The translations under genes and the position numbers were made by a program. The notes below the pieces were generated by a model. It was given only the letters and a program-made list of their open reading frames with translations, was not told the DNA's origin and did not search any database. Source: Mobula birostris (Eukaryota). Taken from it: 64,000 nucleotides of DNA. Each line of letters begins with the position of its first letter. The first letter of the stretch is position 1. Below, one piece after another: positions 48,640 through 62,100 of the stretch. The stretch lies in contig NC_092384.1 in NCBI RefSeq assembly GCF_030028105.1, forward strand, positions 17,553,629 to 17,617,628, in the 5' to 3' direction.

Positions 48640-51600
48640 TAGAGCACAGGTGGTTGCGCGATAACCATATATAGGTAATGTCAGGATGGGCTGGGCAGGG
48701 GTATGATTATAGTCTTTTACCCAAAATCGGTTATCTGAAAATGAGAATACTTCGATTCCAGGCGAGAGAGAAAATATTTACGAGGAGTCTTGGGAAAGTT
48801 TTTCAACAAAAGAGGTTTGTAAATGCTGTCAGAGCGGGCAGCGGATTGAGTGGCAGCATGATGTAGGGCTTTGGCTTCAACGGGCTTCGGCGGTAACGGG
48901 AAGAGGCGAGAGCGAAGCACCAACTCTTTTTTCCCCCTTGGCAAATCGGCCCTGACAGACAAGAACAGCAGGGCTCACGCAGCTAACGGTACGAAATAAT
49001 GGTTTATAAAGTACGCCTGTTTGGCGAGGTAAGTGGTGAGTAGACTTATTTTTCCTGCTTCATTCCTGTAGAATTAGATAGCATGCCTGCAGAGTCAGTG
49101 CTTTGTTCACGGTGTCAGATGTGGGAATCCTAGGAGACCTCCAGCTTCCCTGATGGCCATATCTGCACCAGGTGAACCGAGATGCAACTCCTCAGAGACC
49201 GTGTTAGGGTTCTGGAGCTGAAGCTTGATGACCTACTGCTTAGTAGGGAAAGTGAATAGGTGATAGACAGGAGCTACAGGGAGGTAGTCATCCCTAGGCT
49301 ACAGGGGTAAGAAAACTAGATGACTGTCAGGAGAGGGAAGGAAAATGCCCGGATAGTGGAGAGCACACCTGTGGCTGTCCCTCTCAGCAACAAGTATCTT
49401 GTTCTGGATGCTGATGAGGGGGATGACCTGACAGGAGACGCTCACGGTGACCGGGTCTCTGGCACTGAGCCTGGTGCTGTTAGACAGAGATTAAACGGAT
49501 TTGGCAGGGGGATGGGAACCGGCATGATAGAGCGGAGAAAGGGGTAAACAGAAATAAATCTAAGATAATGAGGACTGAAGATGTCAGGAGACAGTCAGGA
49601 GATGGGGCAAATTGTAGCCATTGGGATCAGTTGCAGCGCAACAAAGTTTCACTGAAATCAAAGCGAAAAGTACCAAATACTGGTCTTATGGTGTTATACT
49701 TAAAGGAAAGCAGCATAAGGAATAAGGTGGATGATCTTGTCGTACAGCTACAGATTGGCAGGTATGATATTGTGGCCATCACTGAGACGCGGTTAAAGGA
49801 TGCACGTCTCTGGGAGCTGAGCGTCCAAGGATACACGGTGTATCAGAAGGATAGGAAGGAAGGCAGAGGGGGTGGCGTGGCTTTATTGGTAAAAAATGAT
49901 ATTAAATCATTGGAAGGAGGTGACAGGATCGGAAGGTGCAGAATATTTGTGGGTTGAGCTAAGAAATCGCAGGGGTAAAAGGACCCTGATGGCAGTTATT
50001 TATAGGCCTCCAAACAGCTGCAGTGATGTGGACAAACAAATTACAGCCGGAAATAGAAAAGGCTTGTCAGAAGGGCAGTGTTATGATAATTGTGGGGGAT
50101 TTTAACATGAGAGTGGATTGGGCAAATCAGGTTGGCAGTGGATCTCAAGAGAGAGAATTTGTAGAATGTCTGCGAGATGGCTTCACAGAACAGCTTGTTG
50201 TTGAGTCCACTAGGGGATTGGCTGTACTGGATTGGGCATTGTGTAATGAACCGGAGGTGAATAGAGAGATTGAGGTGAAGGAAGCCTTAGGAGTCAGTGA
50301 TCATAACATGATTGAGTCCACTGTCAAATTTGAAAATGAGTAGCCGAAATCTGATGTGTCGGTAATACAGTGAAGTAAAGGAAATTACAGTGGCATCAGA
50401 GAGGAAATGATCAAAGTTGACTGGAAAGGGACACTGGCGGGAAGGTTGGCAGAGCAGCAGTGGCTGGAGTTTATGCGAGAAGTGAGGAAGGTGCAAGACT
50501 GGTATATTCCAAAAAAGAAGAAATTTTCGAATGGAAAAATGATGCAACCGTGGCTGACAAGAGAAGTCAAAGCCAAAGTTAAAGCAAAGGAGAGGGCATA
50601 CAAGGAAACAAAAATTAGTGGGAAGACAGCAGATTGGAAGTTTTTAAAAGCTTACAAAAGAAAACTAAGGAGGTCATTAAGAGGGTGAAGATTAACTAAG
50701 AGAGGAAGCTAGCAAATAATATGAAAGAGGATACTAAAAGCTTTCTCAAGTGTATAAAGAGTAAAAGGCAAGTGAGAGTCGATATAGGACCGATAGAAAG
50801 TGATGCTGGAGAAATTGTAGTTGGAGATAAGGAGATGGCGGAGGAACTGAACGAGTATTTTGCATCAGTCTTCACTGAGGAAGACATCAGCAGTATACTG
50901 GACTCTCAAGGGTGGCAGGGAAGAGAAATGTGCGCGGTCACAATTACGACAGCGAAAGTATTCAGGAAGCTGAATAGTCTAAAGTTAGATAAATCTTCTG
51001 GACCAGATGGAATGCATACTCGTGTTCTGAAAGAAGTAGCTGTGGAGATTGCGGAGGCATTAGCGATGATCTTTCAAAAGTCGATAGATTCTGGCATGGT
51101 TCAGGAGGACTTGAAAATTGTAAATGTCACTCCGCTATTTAAGAAGGGGGTAAAGAAGCAAAATGTTGGAGTCGATTGTCAAGGATGAGGTTACGGTGTA
51201 CCTGGAGGCATATGACAAGATAGGCATAATTCAGCATGGATTCCTTGAAGGAAAATCTTGCCTTACAAACCTATTACAATTTTCTGAGGAAATTACAAGC
51301 AGGCTAGACAAGGGAGATGCAGTGGACGTTGTATAGTTGGATTTTCAGAAGGCCTTTGACAAGGTACCACACATGAGGCTACTTAACAAGATAAGACCCC
51401 ACTGAATTACGGGAAAGTTGCATACATGCATAGAGCTTTGGCTGATTGACAGGAAACAGAGAGTGGGAATAAAGGGATACTATTCTGGTCGGCTGTCAGT
51501 TACCAGTGGTGTTCCACAGGGATCCGTGCTGGGGCCGTTACATTTATGTTATACCTCAACGATTTAGATTATGGAATAGGTGGCTTTGTGGCTAAGTTTG

Positions 51601-52888
51601 CTGATGATAAGAAGATAGGTGCTGAGGAAACAGAGAGTCTGCTGAGAGACTTGGATAGATTGGAAGAATGGGCAAAGAAGTGGCAAATGAAATGCAATGT
51701 TGGAAAGTGTATGGTTATGTACCTTGGCAGAAGAAATAAACGGGCAGACTATTATTGAAATGGGGAAAGAATTCAAAGTTCTGCGATGCAATGGGACTTA
51801 GGAGTCCTCGTACAGGATACCCTTAACGTTAACCTTCTGTCATAAGGTGGTGTCTGGGATGGGCCCATGTGCAAGGCAGAGACACTGAAGTACTAGGGAC
51901 AGGACTAGGCTACAGAGGGAGGGCTAGGATATGGACACGAAAACCGAGAACCCCGGACAGGACTGGAGCTAGAAGCCAGGGCTTGGACTCCGAGCCAGAG
52001 ATTGGACAAGGACCAGAACCTGGGTCTTGCCTCTGTCTCGGACCCGAGAACTAGGCAAGTATGTGACTTAGCTGACAGGCAGGAAGAGGCTGGAGTCTTC
52101 AGGCTTGAGGCAAGGCTGGAGACTTGAGTCTTGAGGCGAGGCTTGAGACTAGAGACTTGAGGCGAGGCTGGGGACCAGAGATTTGTGGCCTAGGGTCTTG
52201 AAGTTTGGCTTGAGGCGAGGCTTGGCGAGGGATTTGAGGCGAGGCTTGGCTAGATATTTAGGCGAGACTTAGCTGGGGACTTGAGGCGAGGCTTGGCTAA
52301 AGACTTGGGGCTTGGAGGCTTGAAGCTCCTCCTGGGCAGGGCAAGACTTCAGGCAATGCAAGGCGAGATAAGAACTTCAAGGCGAGGCGAGAGTTACCGG
52401 CAAGACAAGGCAAGGCGGGGCAAGAACTTCAAGGCGAGACAAGGGTTACCAGCAAGACAAGGCAAGGCTTCAGGCACGGAAGCAGAAGGCAGAGGAAGGC
52501 ATACGAGGAGTAAGGACAAGAACAATCCAGCACCCCGCCCTAGTCTCTGGAGGTATTTATGCAGCCAGCCCCAACGAGTGCTCAAACAGGAACAGAAACA
52601 GGGTAGACAGGAAAACCTGGAGCAAGGGTCGAAGGATGCACCGTGAACTGGAATGCGGACTTCAGGGACAGGACCATGACGCCTCCAGGTTGAGTCGGTG
52701 GTGAAGAAGGCGAAAGCAATGTTGGCATTCATTTCTAGAGGAACAGAGTATAGGAGCAGGGATGTGATGCTGAGGTTCTATAAGGCGCTAGTGAGACCTC
52801 ACTTGGAGTACTGTGAGCTGTTTTGGTCTCCTTACTTAAGAAAGGATGTGCTGACTTTGGAGAGGGTACAGAGGAGATTCACTAGAAT
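48640..52888 (+). mobile_element. CR1 of the same subfamily as 37168-41085, with 5' UTR, esterase deletion and LTR insertion
   Basis: Long collinear similarity to 37180-37470 and 38000-40620. Confidence 0.93.
51838..52681 (-). mobile_element. Solo LTR related to those at 26776-29284
   Basis: Ends are reverse complements of tgtcatggtcc and ccttatgaca; flanks ccttc/cctcc; CR1 resumes. Confidence 0.85.
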
Positions 52889-53604
52889 AACCCAAGCCTC
52901 GAAGATACCGCAGTCAAACTCCAAGAACGCAAGCCTCGAAGATCCCGGAGCCAAGCTCCAAGAACACTAGCCTCGAGGATCCCAAGCCAAGCTCCAGGAA
53001 CACCTGCCTCGAGGATCCCAAGCCAAGCTCCAAGAACACTAGCCTCGTTAATCCCAAGCCAAGCTCCAAGAACACAATCCTCGACGATCCCAAGCCAAGC
53101 TCCAAGAACATAAACCTGAAGTCCCCATCCTGCAGCCAAGCTCAAGACCCAAGGCTCCAGCCTGCAGCCAAGCTCAAGACCCAAGACTCCAGCCTGCAGC
53201 CAAGATCAAGTCCCAAGACTCCAGCCTGCAGCCAACCTCAAGACACAAGACCCCAGCATCAAGCCTCAAGAGCAAAGACCCCAGCCTGTCTCCAAGCTCA
53301 GGCCTCTAGACCCCAGCCAACGTCCTGTCCTGAAGGCATGTCATGTCTTTGTCTGGTTCTGGGGCCCGAGCCTGAGGCAAGACCCAGGTTCGGGGTCCTT
53401 GTCCTGTCTCGGGCTCGGAGTCAAAGCCTTGTCTCCTAGTCCCTAGTTTCTCGTCCTGGTCCCGCTTTCCCGAGCCCAAGTCTGCATTCTTGTCCCTGCT
53501 TCCTGCCTGTATCCTGTCTCGTCCCTACTCTAGTCAAGTCCTGCTCCTTGTACTTCATTGTCTGTGTCTCGCATTTGGGATCGTTCACAGCACCCTAGAG
53601 TGAC
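52889..53604 (+). mobile_element. Truncated related LTR with about 33-bp and about 21-bp tandem arrays
   Basis: ccaagctccaagaacactagcctcgaggatc and ccaagactccagcctgcag repeats; ends gagtgaca. Confidence 0.7.
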
Positions 53605-54539
53605 AACCCAAGAAAGACCATGATTTGCAGTACAGAAAAACTAATCGCCCTGCCAACGAATTCAACGTGCCCCATCTCCCTCTTTCTCTAATAAAGGGAC
53701 AGAGATTTGTCAGGAGCGACAGAGGGGAACAACAAAGCAAACAATTCGATGAGTTACGGTGTTAAAGTCTGCTGTATCGCTTTTATTCGAGAGAAAGAGA
53801 AAGAGAGAGAGAGTGGGAAAGAGAGGGAGAGAGAGAGAGACAGAGAGAGAGAGTCCAGTGAATAAGTAAAAAGTGGAACCCCACCTCTGAAATAAATTTG
53901 AGTGGAAAACTACCTACCTGGGGTTCAGAACTGCAGGGTATATTCTCCGACTGGAAGGGAATGATGGGAATCACATTTAAGGGGAAAACAAAGTACAGAT
54001 ACCTCATCAGTTCCAAATACACTTTAAAAATGTTGACCACATTGTTTTTAATTCAACAGATGCTTGTTAATTGAAACTTGTACTGGAAATGTATTTAGGT
54101 CTTTGAAAGTTCAGATAACAAAGAAAAAGATCTATTTGCCTGATGGGATGAAAGATCTTGGAAGCTTTAAATTTAGCCCCAAAAAAGAGAGTCACCCGTT
54201 TAAATCGATTTCGATTTGACAGACCAAGTTAACACTGGAGACTACTGAACTAATTTTCTCAAGATACATATCGGACTATTGATGTAAGCCCATGAATTAT
54301 GTAATATTACTCATGTGCATGGTTTTATTCCCTGGCCATCGGGATCGATGACATAGTTGAAGAGATTTTTTTTAAAACCTCTTGCAATTACGGCAAATTC
54401 CACGTTACCTTCGGTTGTTACTTAAAAGGTTTTAGGGAGAATCAAGGGTGAGAAACAAAGTTAAAACAAAGATTTAAAAAGAGAAATTTTCAACGGTTCT
54501 TGTTTCAGTCGAAGCAAGCAGCTGAGAAAAAAGGAGTGG

Positions 54540-57500
54540 AGAAATCGGGTACAAAAAGTATTTTTTTTTAAACATTGCTCGGGGAGAATGGTCTGCACTG
54601 CGCAGGGCGTGACGTAACGCACCAAGGTTTGAAAACAGACCACCATATACAGCGGGCAGCATTGTGAGCGGGCAGCGGATTGAGAGGGAACAGAGTGGGA
54701 CGGCTTTGGTTCAGCAGGCTTCGGCGAGAACAGGTAGAGGCCAGGGTAGGTTCCGGTAAGTTATTTTTGTCCAGAGTGGAGAGAATGTGAGGCAGGGTGT
54801 TAGAATGCTCCTCTTGCAGGATCTGGGAGGTCACAGAGCCCTCCGGTGTCCCTGACAACTACACCTGCAAGAAGTGCATGCAGATGCAGCTGCTAACAAA
54901 CCGCTTTAGGGAACTGGAGCAGGAACTGGACCTCCGGATCATTCGGGAGAATGAGGAGATTATAGATAGTAGCTACAGGGAGGTAGTTACACCAAAGGAG
55001 CAGACCACAGGAAATTGTGTCACTTTCAGGCTAGGGAAGAGGAAGGGGCAAGAGGAGTACGGTTCCCCTATGGCCATTCCCCTCAACAGCAAGTATACCG
55101 CATTGGATACTGTTGAGGGGCGGGGGGTGGGTTACCTGGGACAAGCTGCAGCAGCCAGATCTCTGGCACTGAGCCTGGTTCTGCAGTACAGAAGGGAGGG
55201 TGGATAAAGAGGAGAGCAGTAGTGATATGGGACTCGATAGTTAGAGGTACAGATAGGGGGTTCTGTGGTTGTGACAGAGAATCCAGGATGGTTTGTTGCC
55301 TCCAGGTTGCCAGGGTCAAGGATGTCTCTGGTCGATTGCATAACCTTCTGAAGTGGGAGTGTGATCAGCCCGATGTCGTGGTGCACATCGGTACCAATGA
55401 CATAGCAAGGAACAGTGAGGAGGTCCTGGAGAGTGAGTATAGAGCTTGGCAGGAAGTTGAAAAGCAGGACCTCGAGGGTGGTAATCTCAGGATTGCTACC
55501 TGTGCTACGAGCCAGTAAGGATAAGAATAGGATGCTCTGGAGGATCAACAAGCAGCTGAGGAACTGGTGTAGGGGGCAGGGTTTCAGATTTCAAGATCAT
55601 TGGGACCTCCTCTGGGGCAGATGGGACTTGTACAAGAGAGACGGGTTACACTTGAACTACAAGGGAACCAATATCCTTTCAGGGAGGTTTGTTAGTGCTA
55701 TTGGGGAGGCTTTAAATTAGATTTGCAGGGGGATGGGAACCAAAGTGCCAGAGCTGACAGTGGGACAGGTGTGAAGATAAATGTTGTTAAAAGTTCAAGC
55801 AAAGCCGCAAATAGAAAGGTTGTGAGTGGTGTTAAAAATCTTTTGAGGTGTATATATTTCAATGCTAAGAGTATTGCGGGGAAGACAAACGAGTTGAGGG
55901 TGTGGATTGACACGTGGAATTATGACATTATAGCAATTAGTGAAATTTGGCTACAGGAGGGACAGGACTGGCAGCTTAATATTCCAGGGTTCCGATGTTT
56001 CATATGTGATAGAGGCAGAGGAATGAAAAGTGGGGGGGGGGCGGTGTAGAATTGCTTGTCAGGGAAAATGTTCAGGCAGGACAGATTAGAGGGTTGTCAA
56101 CTGAGTCCTTATGGGTGGAGCTGAGAAAAAGAAAAGGTATGGCCACATTAGTGGGGTTGTATTATAGACCACCCAATAGTCAGCGAGATATGGAGGAGCA
56201 AATCTGCAGAAAGATAGCAGGCACTTGTAGGAAACATAAAGTTGTGGTGGTAGGGGATTTTAATTTTCTACATATTGATTGGGACTCCTATACAGTTAGG
56301 GGTCTAGATGGGTTAGAGTTTGTAAAATCTGTTCAGGAAAGTTTTCGAAATCTATATATAGAGGTACCAACTAGAGGGGATGCAATATTAGATCTCCTGT
56401 TAGGAAACAAATTAGGGCAAGTGACAGAAGTCTGTGCAGGGGAGCACTTTGTTTCCAGTGATCAAAACACCATTAGTTTCAACTTGATCATGGATAAAGA
56501 TAAATTTGGTCCTAGGGTTGAGGTTCTAAACTAGAAGAAGGCGAAATTTGAAGAAATGAGAAAGGATCTGAAAAGCGTGGATTGGGACAGGTTGTTCTCT
56601 GGCAAGGATGTGATCGGTAAGTGAAAAGCCTTCAAAGGAGACATTTTGAGAGTGCAGAGCTTGCATGTTCCTGTCAGGATTAAAGGCAAAGCGAATAGGA
56701 ATAAGGAGCCTTGGTTCTCAAGGGATATTACAACTCTGATAAAGAAGAAGAGAGAGTTGTATGACATGTATAGGAAACAGGGAGCAAATAAGCTGCTTGA
56801 GTAGTACAAAAAGTGTAAGAAAATACTTAAGAAGGAAATCAGAGGGCCGAAAGAAGACATAAGGTTGCCTTGGCAGTCAAAGTGAAGGATAGTCCAAAGA
56901 GCTTTTACGGGTATATTAACAGTAACAGTAAGAGCTAAAATTGGTCCTCTTGAAATCAGTGATCGGATGTGGGCGGAACCAAAAGAAATGGGGGAGATCT
57001 TAATCTTTTTTTTGCGTCTGTATTTACTAAGGAAACTGGCATGAAGTCTATGGAATTAACGGAAACAAGTACTGAGATCATGGAAACTGTACAGATTGAA
57101 ATGGATGAGGAGCTTGCTATCTTGAGGCAAATTAAAGTGGATAAATCCCCAACACCTGACAGGGTATTCCCTCGGACCTTGAAGGAAACTAGTGCTGAAA
57201 TTGTAGGGGCCCTGGCAGATATATTTAAAAAGTCAGTGTCTACAGGTGAGGTGCCGGAGGATTGGAGAATGGCTCATGTTCTTCCGTTGTTTGAAAAAGG
57301 ATCGAAAAGTAATCCCGGAAATTATAGGCCGGTAAATTTGATGTAAGTAGTGGTTAAGTAACTGGAGGGAGTACTAAGAGACAGAATTTACAAGCATTTG
57401 GATAGACAGGGACTTATTAGGGAGAGTCAACATGGTTTTGTGCGTGGTAGCTCATGTTTGACCAATCTATTGGAGTTTTTCGAGGAGGTTACCAGGAAAG

Positions 57501-58700
57501 TAGATGAAGGGAAGGCAGTGAATGTTGTCTACATGGACTTCAGTAAGGCCTTTGACAAGGTCCCGCATGGGAGGTTAGTTAGGAAAATTTAGTCGCAAGG
57601 TATACATGGAGAAGTGGTAAATTTGATTAGACATTGGCTCATGGAAGAAGCCAAAGAGTGGTAATAGAGGATTGCTTCTCCGAGTGGAGGGCTGTGACTA
57701 GTGGTGTGCCACAGAGATCAGTGCTGGGTCCGGTGTTATTTGTCATCTATATCAATGATCTGGATGATAATGTAGTAAATTGGATCAGCAAATTTGCTGA
57801 TGACACACAGATTGGAGGTGTAGTGAACAATAAGGAAGGATTTCAAAGCTTGCAGAGGGATTTGGAAGAGCTGGAAAAACGGGCTGAAAATGGCAGATGG
57901 AGTTTAATACAGACAAGTGTGAGGTATTGCACTTTGGAAAGACAAACCAAGGTAAAGCATACAGGGTAAACGGTAAGGCACTGAAGAGTGCAGTAAACAG
58001 AGGGATCTGGGAATACAGATACAACATTCCCTACAAGTGGCGTCACAGGTAGATAGGGTCATAAAGAGAGCTTCTGGTACATTGGCCTTTATTGATCAAA
58101 AGAGCTGGAATGTTATGATGAGGTTGTATAAGGCATCGGTGAGGCCGAATCTGGAGTATTGTGTTCAGTTTTGGTCACCAAATTACAGGAAGGGTATTAA
58201 TGAGGTTGAAAGAGTGCAGAGATGGTTTACAAGGATGTTGCAGGGACTTGAGAAACTCAGTTACAGAGAAATGTTGAATAGGTTAGGACTTTATTCCTTG
58301 GAGCATAGAAGAATGAGGGGAGATTTGATAGATGTATATCAAATTATGATGGGTATAGATGGAGTGAATGAAAGCAAGCTTTTTCCACTGAGGCAAGGGG
58401 AGAAAAAGAGGACTTGGGTTAAGGGTTGGAGGGGAGTTTAAAGGAAACATTAGGGGGCGGCTTCTTCACACAGAGAGTGGTGGGAGTGTGGAATGAGCTG
58501 CCAGACGAGGTGGTAAATGTTGGTTCTTCTTTAACATTTAAAAATAAATTGGACAGATACACGGATGGGAGGTGTATGGAGGGATATGGTCCGTGTGCAA
58601 TGCAGTGGGACTAGGCAGAATATGGTTCGGCACAGCCAAGAAGGGCCAAAAGGCCTGTTTCTGTGCTGTAGTTTTTCTATGGTTTTCTATGTTTTTTTTT
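54540..58700 (+). mobile_element. Essentially full-length CR1: 5' UTR, ORF1 (Cys-pair finger, coiled coil, esterase), ORF2 EN-RT, tail; multiple stops and frameshifts
   Basis: CSSCRIWE...CKKC; DSIVRG, VHIGTNDI, DGLHLN; FNAKSI, GDFN; RT motifs; ctatggttttctatg tail. Confidence 0.97.
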
Positions 58701-59169
58701 CTAAAGCCTTAGGTTTATAAACTTTCATCAGGTTACTAATCATAAATCTCTGTTATCGTTCCTGCTCCATCAAAATTCAGGCAGAGAACTGTTGTCACGA
58801 GAATGCGTTGCGAATATTCGAATATCGTCCGATCTATATTTCCGTCGGTTGAACGTTGACATTAGTGTGCAAGAATATTTTCTAATTGGCGGGTTTTCCC
58901 TGTCAAAAAAATTGTTTTAAAAATTCTCGCCGGTGGTAGCGAATCTCTGGATTTATTTTTCATCCTGTAAGGTTTGTGGGGACTAAACTATTGGGTCGTT
59001 CGAGGGGAAGGAAGTTTTTTGTCTTTGAATGATCGGATCTGTGGGGAGGACTTCAGGGTCACCAAGAGAATAGTAACGTAGGGAAAATCCCTCGACAAAA
59101 AAAGAACGTAAACTGCTCCAAAGTCGAAATTAGACAAATATTTAGTATTGTATAACTATATCAATAAAA

Positions 59170-62100
59170 GGGGCATGGATGGAGTCTAAGTACAAGAATA
59201 AAAAGTCCGTTCAGAAGGCTGATAAATATAAACAGACGCAGCAAGACGAGGGGCCTAGCTCCCCTCACGACGAGCCAGGACGTATATAATGTGGAAGAAT
59301 CGGTGAAGCTGACTTTGACTCTTAGAGAAATTCGTGATTTCTGACAAGATATCAACAAACAGCTGGAAGATATTAAAGGATAAATAGGAAAAACTGATCT
59401 GAGATTAGATGAAGCTGGGCTGTAGGGACTGAGGAGAGGCTGCAAAACGCAGAGGAAGTGATAGAAGAAATGCTGAAGCATCAAGAGCAGCTCCAGTGGA
59501 AGCTAATTGACCAAAAAGGCCACTCTAGAAGGGAAAATATGACGATCTAGGAGTTCCCAAAGGAGTTGAAGGTAAGCCTGGATTGGTGATTCCATTCGTA
59601 GAGAAGCTGCTTCGAGAGAACATTGCAATACCAGACGCAAAAGATCTACAGAGACAAAGGACCCACCAAGCGTTGGCACCCCATCCCCTGGTTGATGCCC
59701 AGCCCAGATCGATTTTAGTCAGATTTCTCACTAACAGAACGAAGGAAGAAGCTAGTGCTACGTGACGGTGATGGTAAGAATTGGAGCAGATGGCAGTTGA
59801 ATGCGTGGCTGAGGAGTTGGTGCAGGGAGCAGGGATTTAGATTTTTAGATCATTGGGATCTCTTCTGGGGAAGGTGGGACCTGTACAGATTGGCTGGGTT
59901 GCACCTGAACTCGAGGAGGAGCAATATCCTTGCAGCTAGGTTTGCTAGCATGGTTCGGGAGGGTTTAAACTAATTTGAGAGGGGGATGGGACCCAGAGCG
60001 ATGGAGCAGTGAAAGAAGTGCATGGAGTAAAGCCAGATCTAACATACAGAGAGGCTTTGAGCAAAGAGAAGCAGAATAAACGGTGTAAAGACAGTAAGGT
60101 AGAAGGGCTGAAATGTGTGTACCTCAATGAAAGAAGCATCAGGAACAAAGGTGATGAAAGGTGAGCTTGGATACATACATGGAATTATGATGTAGTGGCC
60201 ATTACAGAGACTTGGCTGGCACCAGGGCAGGAATGGATTCTCAGTATTCCTGGATTTCAGTGCTTTAAAAGGGATAGAGAGGGCGGAAAAAGGGGAGGAG
60301 GGTTGGCATTACTGGTCAGGGATACTATTACAGCTGCAGAAAGGGTGGGTAATGTAGCAGGATCCTCTTTTGAGTCAATATGGGTGGAAGTCAGGAACAG
60401 GAAGGGAGCAGTTACTCTACTGGGGGTATTCTATAGGCCCCTTGGTAGCAGCAGAGATACAGAGGAGCAGATTGGGAGGCAGATTTTGGAAAGATGCAAA
60501 AATAACAGGGCTGTAATCATGGGTGACTTTAACTTCTCTAATATTGATTGGCACCTGATTAATTCCAAGGGTTTAGATGGGGCAGAGTTCAAGTGTGTCC
60601 AGGATGGATTCCTGTCACAGTATGTGGACAGGCCAACCAGGGGGAATGCCATACTAGATCTAGTATTAGGTAATGAACCGGATCAGGTCACAGATCTCTC
60701 AGTGGGTGAGCATCTGGGGGACATTGACCACCGCTCCCTGGACTTTATAATTATCATGGAAAAGGATAGAATCAAAGAGGACAGGAAATTTTTTAATTGG
60801 GGAAAGGCAAATTATGAGGCTATAAGGCTAGAACTTGTGGGTGTGAATTGGGATGATGTTTTTGCAGGGAAATGTACTATGGACATGTGGTCGATGTTTA
60901 GACATCTCTTGCGGGATGTAAGGGATAAATTTGTCCCGGTGAGGAAGATAAAGAATGGTAGGGTGAAGGAACCATGGGTGGCAAGTGAGGTGGAAAATCT
61001 AGTCAGGTGGAAGAAGGCAGCATACATGAGCTTTAGGAAACAAGGATCAGATGGGTCATTTGAGGAATATAGGGAAGCAAGAAAGGAGCTTAAGAAGGAG
61101 CTGAGAAGAGCAAGAAGGGGGCATGAGAAGGCCTTGGCGAGTAGGGTAAAGGAAAACCCCAAGGCATTCTTCAATTATGTGAAGAAAAAATGGATGACAG
61201 GAGTGAAGGTAGGACCGATTAGAGATAAAGGTGGGAAGATGGGCTTGGAGGCTGTGGAAGTGAGCGAGGTCCTCAATGAATACTTCTCTTCGGTATTCAC
61301 CAATGAGAGGGAACTTGATGATGGTGAGGACAAGATGAGTGAGGTTGATGTTATGGAGCACGTTGATATTAAGGGAGAGGAAGTGTTGGAGTTGTTAAAA
61401 TACATTAGGACAGATAAGTCCCGGGGCCTGACGGAATATTCCCCAGGCTGCTCCACGAGGCGAGAGAAGAGATTGCTGAGCCTCTGGCTAGGATCTTTAT
61501 GTCCTCGTTGTCCACGGGAATGGTACCGGAGGATTGGAGGGAGGCGAATGTTGTTCCCTTGTTCAAAAAAGGTAGTAGGGATAGTCCGGGTAATTATAGA
61601 CCAGTGAGCCTTACGTCTGTGGTGGGAAAGCTGCTGGAAAAGATTCTTAGAGATTGAATCTATAAGCATTTAGAGAAACATGGTCTGATCAGGGACAATC
61701 AGCATGGCTTTGTGAAGGGCAGATCGTGTCTAACAAGCCTGATAGAGTTCTTTGAGGAGGTGACCAGGCATATAGATGAGGGTAGTGCAGTGGATGTGAT
61801 CTATATGGATTTTAGTAAGGCATTTGACAAGGTTCCACACGGTAAGCTTATTCAGAAAGTTAGAAGGCATGGGATCCAGGGAAGTTTGGCCAGTTGGATT
61901 CAGAATTGGCTTGCCTGCAGAAGGCAGAAGGTGGTGGTGGAGAGAGTACATTCAAATTGGAGGATTGTGACTAGTGGTGTCCCACAAGGATCTGTTCTGG
62001 GACCTCTACTTTTCGCCTGGATGTGGGGGAAGAAGGGTGGGTTGGCAAGTTTGCAGACGACACAAAGGTTGGGGGTGTTGTAGATAGTGTAGAGGATTGT

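Noticed and set aside
52882-53230. 33-bp direct repeat array resembling CRISPR or a repeat protein (LGAWLGI)n
   Set aside because: No unique spacers, vertebrate context, and it lies within an LTR
53917-53949. 33-nt minus-strand micro-exon candidate (SENIPCSSEPQ)
   Set aside because: Isolated and phase 0, not linkable to the phase-1 receptor exons
60195-61607. Longest ORF (470 aa) as a host gene
   Set aside because: It is the CR1 ORF2 endonuclease/linker
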